A DNA stretch of 64,000 nt from Leptonemataceae bacterium (GTDB lineage: Bacteria > Spirochaetota > Leptospiria > Leptospirales > Leptonemataceae). The translations under genes and the position numbers were made by a program. This document shows positions 28,680 to 39,000 of the stretch, in pieces (position 1 is the first letter of the stretch; the number at the start of each line of letters is the position of its first letter). The DNA is taken from assembly GCA_965227295.1 (NCBI GenBank), contig OZ245742.1:96001-160000 (forward strand). Direction: 5' to 3'. The notes below the pieces were generated by a model. That model was not told where the DNA came from. It searched no databases and saw only the letters and a program-made list of their open reading frames with translations.

Positions 28680-30200
28680 ATGCACGGACACACCACAACC
28701 ATCCTCGCAAACCTGACGCGCGCCGCCGTCGGTGTGGCCCTGGCCGCTGCCGTGAGCGCCTGCGATACGCGTCCACCGGTCAATCATACCGAACCCGCGC
28801 TGATGCTCCTGCTCTTATACAAGGCGGACCCGATGGCGCCGCTCACCGACGCGGAGTTTGCGAGTCTCGAACCGGATCAACAGTACCGCGTCGCGAATCG
28901 TTTTCTTTCGGCGATGTACTCCGGTGTCGGCGCGGATGAGTTCTTTCATCTCTCCGCCGGCATCGAGGCGCGCCAGGCCCGGCCGCAGTTCGGCCGTTTT
29001 CTTTCGAACATAAACCAGGTCATGCTCGCGCCCATGGACGCCGGCACGAAGAGCGAAAGCGAAGGCCGCGCGTACGGTCATGATGTACAACATCGCGGTC
29101 AGGGCGAACCCCTGGCCGTGCTGCACGAGTTTCCCGTGAGCCGCGAACGCACCAATGCCTGGATGGCCTACGTGCTGGCAAATTCGGTGTGGTTCTCGCC
29201 GGCCTACGAGCTGGACACCGTCGAAGCCAACGACATGGCCCGGGTCTACGACCGGCTGCTCGCCGGCATTGAACAGGACCGCCTGGTCCGCGACATCGTG
29301 TATGATCATATGATCTCCCAGGAAAACTGGCGACGCTTTCGTTCCCCCGAGGACAACACGCGTGAGATGATGGAGATCTACAACGGCCACTTCGTCGACG
29401 CCGACGTACCGAAGGCTTCCCGGGCGTGCCAGAACTGGTCCCTGAGCCGCAAAGGGGAACTGGTCATCGGCGCCGATCGCAACACGGAGCCGCAAACGTT
29501 GAGCTACGGTGCGACGGTTACGTCCTGTGAGGACTTTTATCGTTCGGTGGCGGACAACCCCATGCTGATTCCGGTGCTCTCGTACGTTCTCGTGGACCAC
29601 TTCTTCGCGGGACGCAGCGAAGGCGAGAAGTATCTGCTGGCCTACGGCGTCATCATCCAGAAGCCGCGCACGGTACGCGAGGTGTTTCAGATCATTCTGA
29701 ATTCGAAGGCCTTTCTCTTAACTTCCGATCGTGGTAAGTTTTTCGAAGAAGCGTTCTACAACTTCCGCGCGAAGACCGGCTGGCGCGCCCCGGACAATTT
29801 CTTTAAGAGTTTGCCGAAAGATCTTAAGAACATGAACCAGGATCTCTTCGAACTGAAGCTCGGCCGGGAGAATCCGGTGCCCCTGGACACGCTCTCGCTC
29901 GCGAACTTTCACAACAAGCTGCGGAACTCCGCCGCCCTGGATCGCAGCAACGGCTCCGACGACGGCGGCTGGGACGTGGACCGGTTCACGGACCTGGACA
30001 TTCCCGACGAACAGTACGTGCGCTTCCTGTTTCTTTCGATCCTGGAACGCGAGCCGCGGTCGGAGGAAACGGAGACGCTGGAGTCCATCTTCGCGGACGA
30101 GGGTTACTCGTTACCGAAACACCGCACGCAGATTACGCAGATCTGCTTCGACTACTTCACGCGTCTGCCGGAGTTGTATGTGTATCGGAAGGTTTTTTGA
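28680..30200 (+). CDS. lipoprotein, DUF1800-like partner of DUF1501
   Basis: Lipobox VSAC; SPEDNTREMMEIY resembles the DUF1800 NEN.aRElmEl motif; directly upstream of DUF1501. Confidence 0.65.
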   Translation: MHGHTTTILANLTRAAVGVALAAAVSACDTRPPVNHTEPALMLLLLYKADPMAPLTDAEFASLEPDQQYRVANRFLSAMYSGVGADEFFHLSAGIEARQARPQFGRFLSNINQVMLAPMDAGTKSESEGRAYGHDVQHRGQGEPLAVLHEFPVSRERTNAWMAYVLANSVWFSPAYELDTVEANDMARVYDRLLAGIEQDRLVRDIVYDHMISQENWRRFRSPEDNTREMMEIYNGHFVDADVPKASRACQNWSLSRKGELVIGADRNTEPQTLSYGATVTSCEDFYRSVADNPMLIPVLSYVLVDHFFAGRSEGEKYLLAYGVIIQKPRTVREVFQIILNSKAFLLTSDRGKFFEEAFYNFRAKTGWRAPDNFFKSLPKDLKNMNQDLFELKLGRENPVPLDTLSLANFHNKLRNSAALDRSNGSDDGGWDVDRFTDLDIPDEQYVRFLFLSILEREPRSEETETLESIFADEGYSLPKHRTQITQICFDYFTRLPELYVYRKVF

Positions 30201-30210
30201 AGAAGAATTT

Positions 30211-30269
30211 ACTCCGAGGACCGAGGTCACGAGGGAGAAGACGAACCCCGGTCTCTCGGTCCTCGGAGT
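30211..30269. repeat. REP-like palindrome, copy 1 (15-bp arms ACTCCGAGGACCGAG)
   Basis: actccgaggaccgag...ctcggtcctcggagt perfect inverted repeat. Confidence 0.85.
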
Positions 30270-30288
30270 AGACGAAGGATTAAATGTT

Positions 30289-31608
30289 ATGAACACAAAA
30301 ATAAACCGCAAAGATTTTCTCAAACTCTCCGCCGCCTTCGGTTCGGCGCTGCTCGTGCCCTCGGTGTTGCGCGCGCAGGCCATTTCCGATGCCGTGAACT
30401 CGGTCTCGTACTCCCGGCCCGGCGTACTGCCCACGGTGATTCACATTTTTCTCTACGGCGGGGCTTCGGAACTCGGCGGCAATTTCTCCAATCGCGCCGA
30501 CATCTTCGATGCCTCCGTGAACGCCTACCCCGGCGACCAGGTCACCGTCACCGCCAACGGTTTCTGGGAGCAGGCCGGCGGAGCGCTCATGGAAGACATG
30601 CTCGCCGCCGGGGACATGTCGATCTTTCGCACGATTCATCGCCGCAAAGACGATACCAAGGCCCACGCCCGCAGCATTACCCAGAACCTGGTCGGCAACA
30701 CCGACATCGACGCGCCGGGCATCGCCACGACCCTGGCCGCGGTACTGGAGCGCTTCGGCGCGGTCGATCCGGGCAACGATCTGTTTCCGTTCGTCTCGTT
30801 GGAAGGCGAGAGCGAAGTCTTCACTTCCGGTGAGTTGAAGTTAAGCGACGCCCTGCGCCCGGTTTCTCTGGGCTCGAACTTCCAGAATCCGTACGAACAA
30901 AAAAAGAACGGCTACATCAGCGATGCTTCGGCGAATCGCCTGGAAGACCTGGCCAACGAGGTCTCCGGCCTGCAACGTCTGCTGTGGCCGCTCTATCGCG
31001 ATTTCTCCCGGGCGGGGGACTTCTTTTCGAAGCGTCGTGAAATCAAAAACTTCGTCGACAACATCCGCAGCATGCCGCTGCCGGCGGGCGTCGAGTATCC
31101 GGCGAACAATCCCATGGCCGATCGACTGCGTTCGGCGGTGAACGTCGCCGTGCACAATCCGGGCACGCGTTTCATCAGCGTGGGCAACGGCGGCATCGGC
31201 GGCTGGGATGCGCACTCCGGCGCCATCGATACTTACACGACGAACATGAGTCGCGTCATGGCGGCCGTGCAGGCGGCGGTGAATCATCTGAAAGCGAGCG
31301 GCGCCGATGACCGCGTGATGATCAACGTCTACGGCGACTTCGGACGTAACGTAAACCTCAACGGCTCGCGGGGCTGGGACCACGGCAACAACCAGAACCT
31401 GTATACGTTCGGCGGCAAGGGCTTCCGCTCTCTGGGCCGCATCGTCGGCGAAACGGTATTGACCGGCAGTGCTTCGAACAACCGGCTCTTCACCGTACCG
31501 AAAAACGGCAGCGTGGAGTACGAACCCTTCGCCATCGCGTCGACAGTATACAAACACTTCGGCGTGCGGAATCCGGAAGTACTCACCGGCGAGGCCTCGA
31601 TCGATTGA
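30289..31608 (+). CDS. DUF1501 domain protein with Tat-like signal
   Basis: NRKDFLK, IFLYGG, GGWDAH, GDFGR..N...GWDHG motifs. Confidence 0.88.
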   Translation: MNTKINRKDFLKLSAAFGSALLVPSVLRAQAISDAVNSVSYSRPGVLPTVIHIFLYGGASELGGNFSNRADIFDASVNAYPGDQVTVTANGFWEQAGGALMEDMLAAGDMSIFRTIHRRKDDTKAHARSITQNLVGNTDIDAPGIATTLAAVLERFGAVDPGNDLFPFVSLEGESEVFTSGELKLSDALRPVSLGSNFQNPYEQKKNGYISDASANRLEDLANEVSGLQRLLWPLYRDFSRAGDFFSKRREIKNFVDNIRSMPLPAGVEYPANNPMADRLRSAVNVAVHNPGTRFISVGNGGIGGWDAHSGAIDTYTTNMSRVMAAVQAAVNHLKASGADDRVMINVYGDFGRNVNLNGSRGWDHGNNQNLYTFGGKGFRSLGRIVGETVLTGSASNNRLFTVPKNGSVEYEPFAIASTVYKHFGVRNPEVLTGEASID

Positions 31609-31748
31609 ACGCTGAGTTTCACTTTGTTTCCCGGCGCGGTATGCGGACGGTAAGATAGTTACAAAGTCCGTGCGGATTCTTCCGCGGCGCTGTTGAACGT
31701 TACGAAAGTCCGTTGCGGTTCTCTTCGCAATGTTTTGTACGATGGGCC

Positions 31749-32873
31749 ATGCCCGCGCACTTCACCGAGCACGCCGAAGATCACGCGCCGGACGTTTGGG
31801 AAGCCGACGCCCCCGGGGAACACAGCCGCATCCTGGATGCGCTACGCCTGGGTTTTCTGCTGGTCGAGACGTATCGCATTCTCCGGCCGCGGGTGGAGTA
31901 CCGGGCGAAAACGTTCGCAAAACCGAAACCCGAGGACGCGCGGCATCGCAGCCGCTTCGATTACACGAGCCACGGTCGCCTCAATCGCAGCAAAGCCATC
32001 ATCCTGTCCGCGGAGCACTTGTTTCATCTTACGGAGACGATGCGTCTCGACCCGCCGCCGATGCTATCCGTAACTGAACTTCGGGAAATATTAAGCGCAG
32101 GCATTTCCAAAGAGGCCTATGCCGATCTTCACAACGCCTTGAACGTCTGGTCCCGCGAGACCTGGATTCGCCTGAGTACCGAAAACGAGATCGCCGGCCG
32201 CGCCTTCGTCTACGGCGGCAGCCTGGCCTATACCTACTGGCTCGGCTACGGCGAACGCGACGCCGCCCTGGTGCGCGACGTCGTGAACCCGTATCGCCTG
32301 GAACGCATCGCCGAGAACTTTGCGACGATCGAAGAGCATCTCCCGGAGTACGTCTTCGATTGCCTGGAGTACTCTTTGCATCGCTGGCGTAAGATCGCGC
32401 GCCGGACCAAAGACGACGCCGGCGTCTTGAAATGGAACCAGGCTCTGGGCAAACAGGCCGGCGTGTGGCGGGATCTGCTCTTCGGGCGGCGCAGCCCCGA
32501 GAGTTTCCTGGACGCGCGGGAACACCGTCGCATTCGTTACGGCGCGCTCGCGATCAGCGGCTCCGCGATTTTTCTGATCGTTCTCTGTTTCTGGATGGGT
32601 GTCTGGCTGGTGCCGCGCCTGGGTATGCACGTGATCGAAGGTTTCGACTACACACCGGCCCTGGCCGATCAGACGACACAAGCCGTAACTGGAACAAAGT
32701 TAGTGGACTGGTTTAAGATCGGCTCGGCCCTGCTCGCGACGTTGTCGTCGGTGAGCCTCTTCTTTGCCGGCCTGGTCCGTCAGGTCTCGGGCTGGGTTCT
32801 GGACATTCACGGCGTAACGCGCAAGTTTCTGACACGTTACTACGTGCAGCGGAAAACGTTGCGGTTGCCTTGA
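31749..32873 (+). CDS. hypothetical membrane protein (two C-terminal TM segments)
   Basis: Long ORF with host-like codon usage and hydrophobic segments near the C-terminus. Confidence 0.75.
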   Translation: MPAHFTEHAEDHAPDVWEADAPGEHSRILDALRLGFLLVETYRILRPRVEYRAKTFAKPKPEDARHRSRFDYTSHGRLNRSKAIILSAEHLFHLTETMRLDPPPMLSVTELREILSAGISKEAYADLHNALNVWSRETWIRLSTENEIAGRAFVYGGSLAYTYWLGYGERDAALVRDVVNPYRLERIAENFATIEEHLPEYVFDCLEYSLHRWRKIARRTKDDAGVLKWNQALGKQAGVWRDLLFGRRSPESFLDAREHRRIRYGALAISGSAIFLIVLCFWMGVWLVPRLGMHVIEGFDYTPALADQTTQAVTGTKLVDWFKIGSALLATLSSVSLFFAGLVRQVSGWVLDIHGVTRKFLTRYYVQRKTLRLP

Positions 32874-32885
32874 AGAATTTTTTAA

Positions 32886-33011
32886 ACTCCGAGGACCGAG
32901 GTACCGAGAGAAGAAAAAATTGATTCAACAAGCAAACAAAAGCGCTCATAACAAGAACGCGTTCTCAAACGAAAACCTCCCCAAAAACCTCGGTCCCTCG
33001 GTCCTCGGAGT
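32886..33011. repeat. REP-like palindrome, copy 2 (same arms, A-rich longer spacer)
   Basis: actccgaggaccgaggtaccgag...ctcggtccctcggtcctcggagt between convergent stops. Confidence 0.85.
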
Positions 33012-33676
33012 CACTTCTCTTCGCTTTTCTCCGCCTCACCCATACGCTGCTCGCGTGCCTGGCGGTGACCGAGTTCGCTGTCGATGCGCTGGGCGATTTG
33101 ATAGGCGAAGTCGTCGTAGTTCGAGGAGTCGACGAGCACGTCCTCGGAATCCCAGATCAAACTCATGGACGCCGCGTACTTCGTACGATAGCGCCAGTCC
33201 CAGGCGCGGCCGGGAGACTTGCGCACGGTGATGAGGTGCTCGCCGGTCTCCACATCCACCGCGGTGATGGTACAGGTATCGATGAGCTTCGAATGACCGC
33301 GGCCCTCGGCGTCACGGTAGCTTAACATTTGTCCGGTGCCGGTTAAGATCAAGTCCGCACCGGTTAAGCGGCCGATTTCGCTGCGGGTCTGCGGATCCAC
33401 GAGACCGGACTCCGAGAACTCCTGCTCGCGCAGAATGTTCTTCAGCGCCGCTCGTTCCACCTGGATGAAGTTTCCGGTGCGGGCCAGATGCAGGCCCAGG
33501 GCCTGGGAGAACTCGTCGCCCCAGTCGGCGCCTTTGATGAAAAACGGCAGGACCGCAATCTTCAGCGGTTCGCCGGTGTCGGAGTACTTGAGCGACTCCT
33601 GGACCTGGAGATCCACGGAGGAACAGCCTGCGGCGAGAGTCAGGGCGGCAACAATCGAGGCGAAAAATCGAATCAT
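33011..33676 (-). CDS. CsgG/HfaB family lipoprotein
   Basis: Lipobox AAGC; IAVLPF, VERAALKNILREQ..SGLVD...IGRLTGADLILTG. Confidence 0.85.
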   Translation of the reverse strand: MIRFFASIVAALTLAAGCSSVDLQVQESLKYSDTGEPLKIAVLPFFIKGADWGDEFSQALGLHLARTGNFIQVERAALKNILREQEFSESGLVDPQTRSEIGRLTGADLILTGTGQMLSYRDAEGRGHSKLIDTCTITAVDVETGEHLITVRKSPGRAWDWRYRTKYAASMSLIWDSEDVLVDSSNYDDFAYQIAQRIDSELGHRQAREQRMGEAEKSEEK

Positions 33677-33733
33677 CTTACTAACAGATCGCGTGATGTA
33701 TGAGACGCCGAAGCCCGGCGCGGCGTTCGGTGA

Positions 33734-34255
33734 TTATGTTTTCTTTTTGGAACCGAAGAGTTTGACCGGCAACGAGCGAAACAGATGGTACACGCCCAGG
33801 CCGAGCAAAATACCGAAGAACGCGTACACCGCGCCTTCGATGGACAGCGGTACGCCCGGCGTGAAGTCGTAGTATTTCATGAGGCCGGCGTCGAAGTTCG
33901 CGAAGAACACGAACGGTTTCGTCCACACACTGGCGTCGCCCAGGGCGGCGTGGGCCGCGGCGTAGTCCTCGTAGCGTTCGACGGCGGACTGCATGGCGCG
34001 GCCGGTGGCCTGGAAGTCCGGGTCGGTACTGCGCAGGTGTTTATCGATGAGTTCTTCCAGGCTCTTGCCGACGAGCTGCGCCTGGGCACGGAACACTTCT
34101 AAGTTACGCGCGGCCTCGGCGAACGCGCCGCTCAGCGCGACGTAGTATTGTTTCATGAACTCCGGGAACTGACTGAGCACCAGGGCGCCGGCGACGCTGA
34201 AGATCCGATCCAGCAGCGTGTCGATGCTGCGACCGATGTAACGGACTACGAACAT
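33734..34255 (-). CDS. DUF2937 family membrane protein
   Basis: SQFPEFMKQY..LSG...EA motif; N- and C-terminal TM segments. Confidence 0.8.
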   Translation of the reverse strand: MFVVRYIGRSIDTLLDRIFSVAGALVLSQFPEFMKQYYVALSGAFAEAARNLEVFRAQAQLVGKSLEELIDKHLRSTDPDFQATGRAMQSAVERYEDYAAAHAALGDASVWTKPFVFFANFDAGLMKYYDFTPGVPLSIEGAVYAFFGILLGLGVYHLFRSLPVKLFGSKKKT

Positions 34256-34393
34256 GGCCGAAGGCTACGGTGAGTGGGATCGATGGCAAGTAAAAACGGT
34301 GCACGATAACAGCGATCGCCTGCGGGAAGATTTGCAGCCTGCCGGCGCCAGCAAAAGACCGCCTGGTGATGGCCACGCTTTTCGGCGGCAGGA

Positions 34394-35314
34394 TCACGGC
34401 TCCACGGGACTACCGGCTTCGAAGCGACCTTCCTGCACGGTGCCATCTTTGTAGATGAGTTTTCCCTGGCCGTGAAACTCGCCGTTTTCGAACTGACCCT
34501 CGTAGCGTAGATAACGAATAAACGTAGACGGATAGAGAATCACACCGTATCCGTGGTACTCGCCGTTTTGAAATTCGCCCGTGTACCGCCGGCCGTCGCG
34601 ATAGGCGTACGTGCCGCGACCATGCGGCAGGCCGTCCTGAAACTCGCCGGTGTAGATGTCCCCGCCGGCCTCGGGCTTTTTGAGTGACCCGGAGTACATG
34701 ACGCCCTCACGCATCTCACCGTCCCGCCATTCACCGACGAAGCGCCGGCCGTCCGGCCACACGCAGAGCCCGCGTCCGTGCATAGAGTTGTCGCGAAACT
34801 CACCGATATATCGAAACTCGAACGGGTCCAGCGACCCCTCTAACACGCGCTCATAGAAACCTACGCCCGCGAAGGATCCGTCGCGCATTTGTCCGTAGTA
34901 GTGCCGCCCGTCCTCGGGATTGTAGTACTCGCCGTAGCCGTCGCGTTCATTGTCTTCCCACGTCCCGGCGTAGTATTCGCCGGATTCTTCGCCCAGAAAT
35001 CCGTAGGCGCCGAAGCCCTCGGCTTTATCGTTCGTATACTGGCCGGCATAACGTGATTGTTGCGACGGTAGTTCGTAGATGCCGTAGCCGTCGCGTTCCC
35101 AGCCGGTGAACGTTCCGGTGTAGATGTCGCCCTCGGGATCGACAAGAACGCCGTGAACCGGCGCGCCGTCTTCGAAGATGGCGCGGAGGACGGAGCCGTC
35201 CGCGTACTCGTAGACGCCCTGGCCGTTGGTGCAGTTGCCCTCGGTACACTCGCCGGCGGGGGGGATAGTGCAGGAGAGAACGAGAAAGATGAAAACGGTG
35301 GTAGTAAGGCGCAT
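34394..35314 (-). CDS. MORN-repeat lipoprotein
   Basis: Many Y.G.f.dg..hG.G.y repeats; CTEGNCTNGQG cap; lipobox VLSC. Confidence 0.9.
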   Translation of the reverse strand: MRLTTTVFIFLVLSCTIPPAGECTEGNCTNGQGVYEYADGSVLRAIFEDGAPVHGVLVDPEGDIYTGTFTGWERDGYGIYELPSQQSRYAGQYTNDKAEGFGAYGFLGEESGEYYAGTWEDNERDGYGEYYNPEDGRHYYGQMRDGSFAGVGFYERVLEGSLDPFEFRYIGEFRDNSMHGRGLCVWPDGRRFVGEWRDGEMREGVMYSGSLKKPEAGGDIYTGEFQDGLPHGRGTYAYRDGRRYTGEFQNGEYHGYGVILYPSTFIRYLRYEGQFENGEFHGQGKLIYKDGTVQEGRFEAGSPVEP

Positions 35315-35388
35315 GAGTTGAGGTTCTAGACTGGTGGCTCTTGCGATTTCTTCGAGTGACATACCGGCTGTGACAATGGCCCAATCCA

Positions 35389-36039
35389 TCAGCGATCTGA
35401 AAGAAGAATAACTTTCTCCTCAATCATTTCAGGCACAAGTTCTGTATCCGCCATCAAATCAGTTTTCCACATACGACGTTCACCAAACCCCGTGAAAAAA
35501 GTCCCAAAGCACAAGCCCGCTCCGGTTTCCGTTGCCAGGTGTAGACCGCAATGAGCGTCATACTGGTCTACCGGCCTGAAATCGTGCCGGACTGTGATAA
35601 GTTCTACGCTGGTAATTTTTTTTCCAATTAAGCCCCGAAGGTATTCGTCCCCGGCGGAAGGATATCCCGACAACGATACCTTACGCGAACTCCCGACCAA
35701 CTTCTTCTTCATCATAGCCTGCAGCAACGTCGGCGTCGGACTCCAATGAATGATCGTTGTCAGAAGGATCAAAAAGTGGTACAGCGCAACTTCATAGGTC
35801 TCCGTCTTCACAACGAGCATGTGCGGTAGATCCCAGAGTAAACCATCTTTTCGCCCACTGCTTTCCTGGAACTTGTCGAGTTCGACGTCGACGTCAAGCG
35901 TCCCTCCGATGCGGGAGAGATCCACAATGCGCTGGCCTCGCAAACGTCCGAGTTCTTGCTGCACCTCGCGTAGTTTTCTCCAGCCGAGCCTTTGCCATTC
36001 AGGCAAAGCGCTGAGCGCCCAGTCTAGATCAAGCTCCAT
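35389..36039 (-). CDS. hypothetical protein, candidate immunity protein of the upstream toxin
   Basis: Starts 10 bp after the toxin stop on the same strand; AT-richer codon usage like the toxin tip. Confidence 0.65.
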   Translation of the reverse strand: MELDLDWALSALPEWQRLGWRKLREVQQELGRLRGQRIVDLSRIGGTLDVDVELDKFQESSGRKDGLLWDLPHMLVVKTETYEVALYHFLILLTTIIHWSPTPTLLQAMMKKKLVGSSRKVSLSGYPSAGDEYLRGLIGKKITSVELITVRHDFRPVDQYDAHCGLHLATETGAGLCFGTFFTGFGERRMWKTDLMADTELVPEMIEEKVILLSDR

Positions 36040-36048
36040 CGTCGTCCA

Positions 36049-39000
36049 TTATCTCGGGAACCCCATTTCGTCCAGAAACGCGTTGATGCTGATGACGTTA
36101 CCACTTTTTCCTGGTTCGAACCCGGCTGCCATCTCCAGAGGGTCGCTAAGAATAAATTTCCTTTGCTTCTCGTCGTAGAATCCCTGAAGATCTTGAACCG
36201 TCAAACCTTCTTTATCAAACGAATCTCGAAGATCTTTCAGACTTTCCAGGAATTTCTCTCTGGCCTCGGGGGTGGGTAGCTTCGCACTATCCTCAAAAAA
36301 TTCCTTCAAACTATGTTTACTGAATTTAAGGTGTGTAGCCGGATCGACGTAGTCCATAACATATCCATAGCAGGTTTTTGCAGGGATACTCGTCGGGCAT
36401 GGAGTCGATCTCGCGACGGCCTCAAAGTTAACGACTTCTATGTTTTTCATCCCCTCCACATGATTACGAAGTTTCTTGAGATTCGCTATTTCCTCGCCGA
36501 TCAGCCGTAGCGCGTCGTCTTCTGCCAGATACAGTGGATTCTTGACCACGCCGAGAACTTTGCCCGGTTGCCCTTCAATCTTATAGACGTTCTTATAATG
36601 GCCATTGCCCTGCCATCCGGCATCGGAAACAGTACCCCGAAGTTTCTTGAGGGTGATATTTATTCCGCTGGCGAGACATCGGATACATCCAGAACTACTA
36701 CTGCTATTCTGATTATGCACCAACCACGCCGCGTCCCCCGCGAAGTAGTTGTGATCCCCTGCGACCTCGATGTTGTAGATCGGCTCACTTCGTTCCAGTT
36801 GCCGCGCCTTGATGGACTGAATCGCGGCAAGTTCACCGTCGATGGGCCGCAGGCGATCGCCGACCGTAAGGTCTTTCGCGGCCACCCACACGCCGCGTTC
36901 TTCCATCCAGAACGGGTGGTTATCCGTAACGGTGAGCGTATCTTCGCCGACACGGATCTCGTACCAAACGAGCGTAATGTCGCGGAAGACGTGCGTAACC
37001 TTCTGCTCACGCGGGGAGCCGGTGGCGGTGTCATAAGCGATGACGCTGTCGCCGACTTCCAGGTCGTCAATCTTGCGCTGCCCGTCCGGCGTTAAGATCG
37101 GCGTACCGGAAATTAAGCAACTCGAACAGGACTTGCACGGCAACACGCCGATCTTATCCAGTTTCGCCCGGCCTTTCTCGACGATCTTGCCGGCGACCGC
37201 GCCCACGCCTTTCGCGGCGGCGCCTTCGAGATAGTTCCCGATGCGCGTGCCGCTGGCCATACTCCAGGCACCCATGACGGCGGTGAACGGATCGCCCTCG
37301 CGTGTGCCGGTAACCAAATCGGCGACGCCGACGAAGCGGCCGAGCACCTGCCCGATCGCCGGGTTCAGATTGATCAACGTGCCCAGGATCGGATCGCCGC
37401 CGAGGTCGGAGGTCGACTTCATGAACGAAAAGAATTTCTCGGAATCCAGCGGATCATTCAGGAAGTTCGTAAGTTCATCGCGAAACTCGCGGACACGCTC
37501 GGCCAGTTCACCCGGTGCATCGGTAATGGCCTTCAGGATCGACCGGCCGACTTCCACCGCGTACTCAAGGTATTCATCAACGAGACCTTGTTCCCGCTCG
37601 CTCTGCCTGGAATTCTCGTAACCGGCAAGACGATCGTCCACGGCGATGTTTTCTTCCGCTTCCGCCTTGAGAGCTTCCCGCAATTGTCGCTGCAACGCGA
37701 TGCGCTCGGTTTGCATCGTCTGAAAGTGCTGTTGATATTTCAGGATGTTGCGGCCGACGGCGGACTCGTGTAGAAAATCCGTAACTACGGCGTCGAATTC
37801 CCTCGGTTTTCCGTTATCCCCGTTGATGGACGCTTCCACGCGCCAGGTAAACAGCGTATCGCTGAGGCCCGCGTCATTGAGCAATCGCTCATAATCCTCG
37901 AGCGCAGTATCCTGAATTTCATCTTTCGAGAGAAGGCAACCTACCTTTGCCCGGCACAGCTCCGCGGCGAGATCCTCCCTGGCGTCGCGCACGTATTCCA
38001 GAAGCGCGGGCTCGGGTTCCCGGCCTTCTTGCCTGGCCCTGGCGATATCCCTTTCTTTTTTCTGAATAAGATCTACGAAAGAACCGAACGGCATTACACC
38101 GCCGCTCAGGTAGCGGTCGGTGTGCTCTTCGCTGTAAGCAACATCCTGGATGTATTTGTAGAACTCCGGCTCGTACGTATCCTTACCCGGAGACACTTGA
38201 TTGGACTGACTCGCGCCCGCCGCCCGATAGATATCGAAGTGCGCAATGCCGACCTCGCTTTCATCGAAGATGCGATCATAACAGGCCATCTGCGCGAGCA
38301 GAGCCTCCGATCCCGCACCGGACTGAGACCGGCATTCCTGCATCACACGTTCGATGTTTGCAAGATTGTCCGGCGTAACCTCGTAAGTTTCGCGCAGTTG
38401 CTGTTTGTAATTTTCCGATCCGCGTTCCGTAACCGGGCTACCGCCGCCGGCTACTTCACCGCCTTCCGGTGGTTCCACGACGATGTCGCCGGGATTGTAG
38501 CCGCCGTCAGTAGCGCCGCCGTCGGAATCGCCGTTACCAAACCAATCATCCCAAACACCGGCCACGTCGTCCGGCACGCTACCGAACGGCTCATCCCCGA
38601 ACGGGTCCAGGTCCACGTGATCGCCGGGATTCTTGAACAGATCTTCCAGTTCGTCGATCTGCTTCCCCAAATCTCCGAGCTGCCGGAACTCGTCGGCTCG
38701 CTGCTCCAGATCTTCCGCGACCTTATCCAGGTACGGACTCGACAACCCGTCCCGATCGTTATAATCGAACAGGTCCTCTTTCTTTCCGGACAGGTTTGCG
38801 CCCCAGCCGTCTTTCGAATCATAACCGAACGAAAGATCGCCGACCTTTTGCTGAAAACCACCGGACCAGCCGTCCTGCGCATCGTAACCGGCAGTATAGC
38901 CGGCGCCGTCGAAGCTCGCGGACAAACCATTCGTCTCATCCCAGCGAATCTTACCGTCGCCGGTAAGAAGATCGTGTACACCTTCGCCGCCCGTGGAGAA

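Noticed and set aside
30211-33011. Palindromic repeats considered as a CRISPR array or integron attC sites
   Set aside because: Only two copies 2.7 kb apart, no cas or intI gene, and no RYYYAAC/GTTRRRY ends.
36712-37119. Hint domain considered as a mobile splicing intein
   Set aside because: No homing endonuclease, the +1 residue is Gln, and its position before a toxin tip fits PT-HINT.
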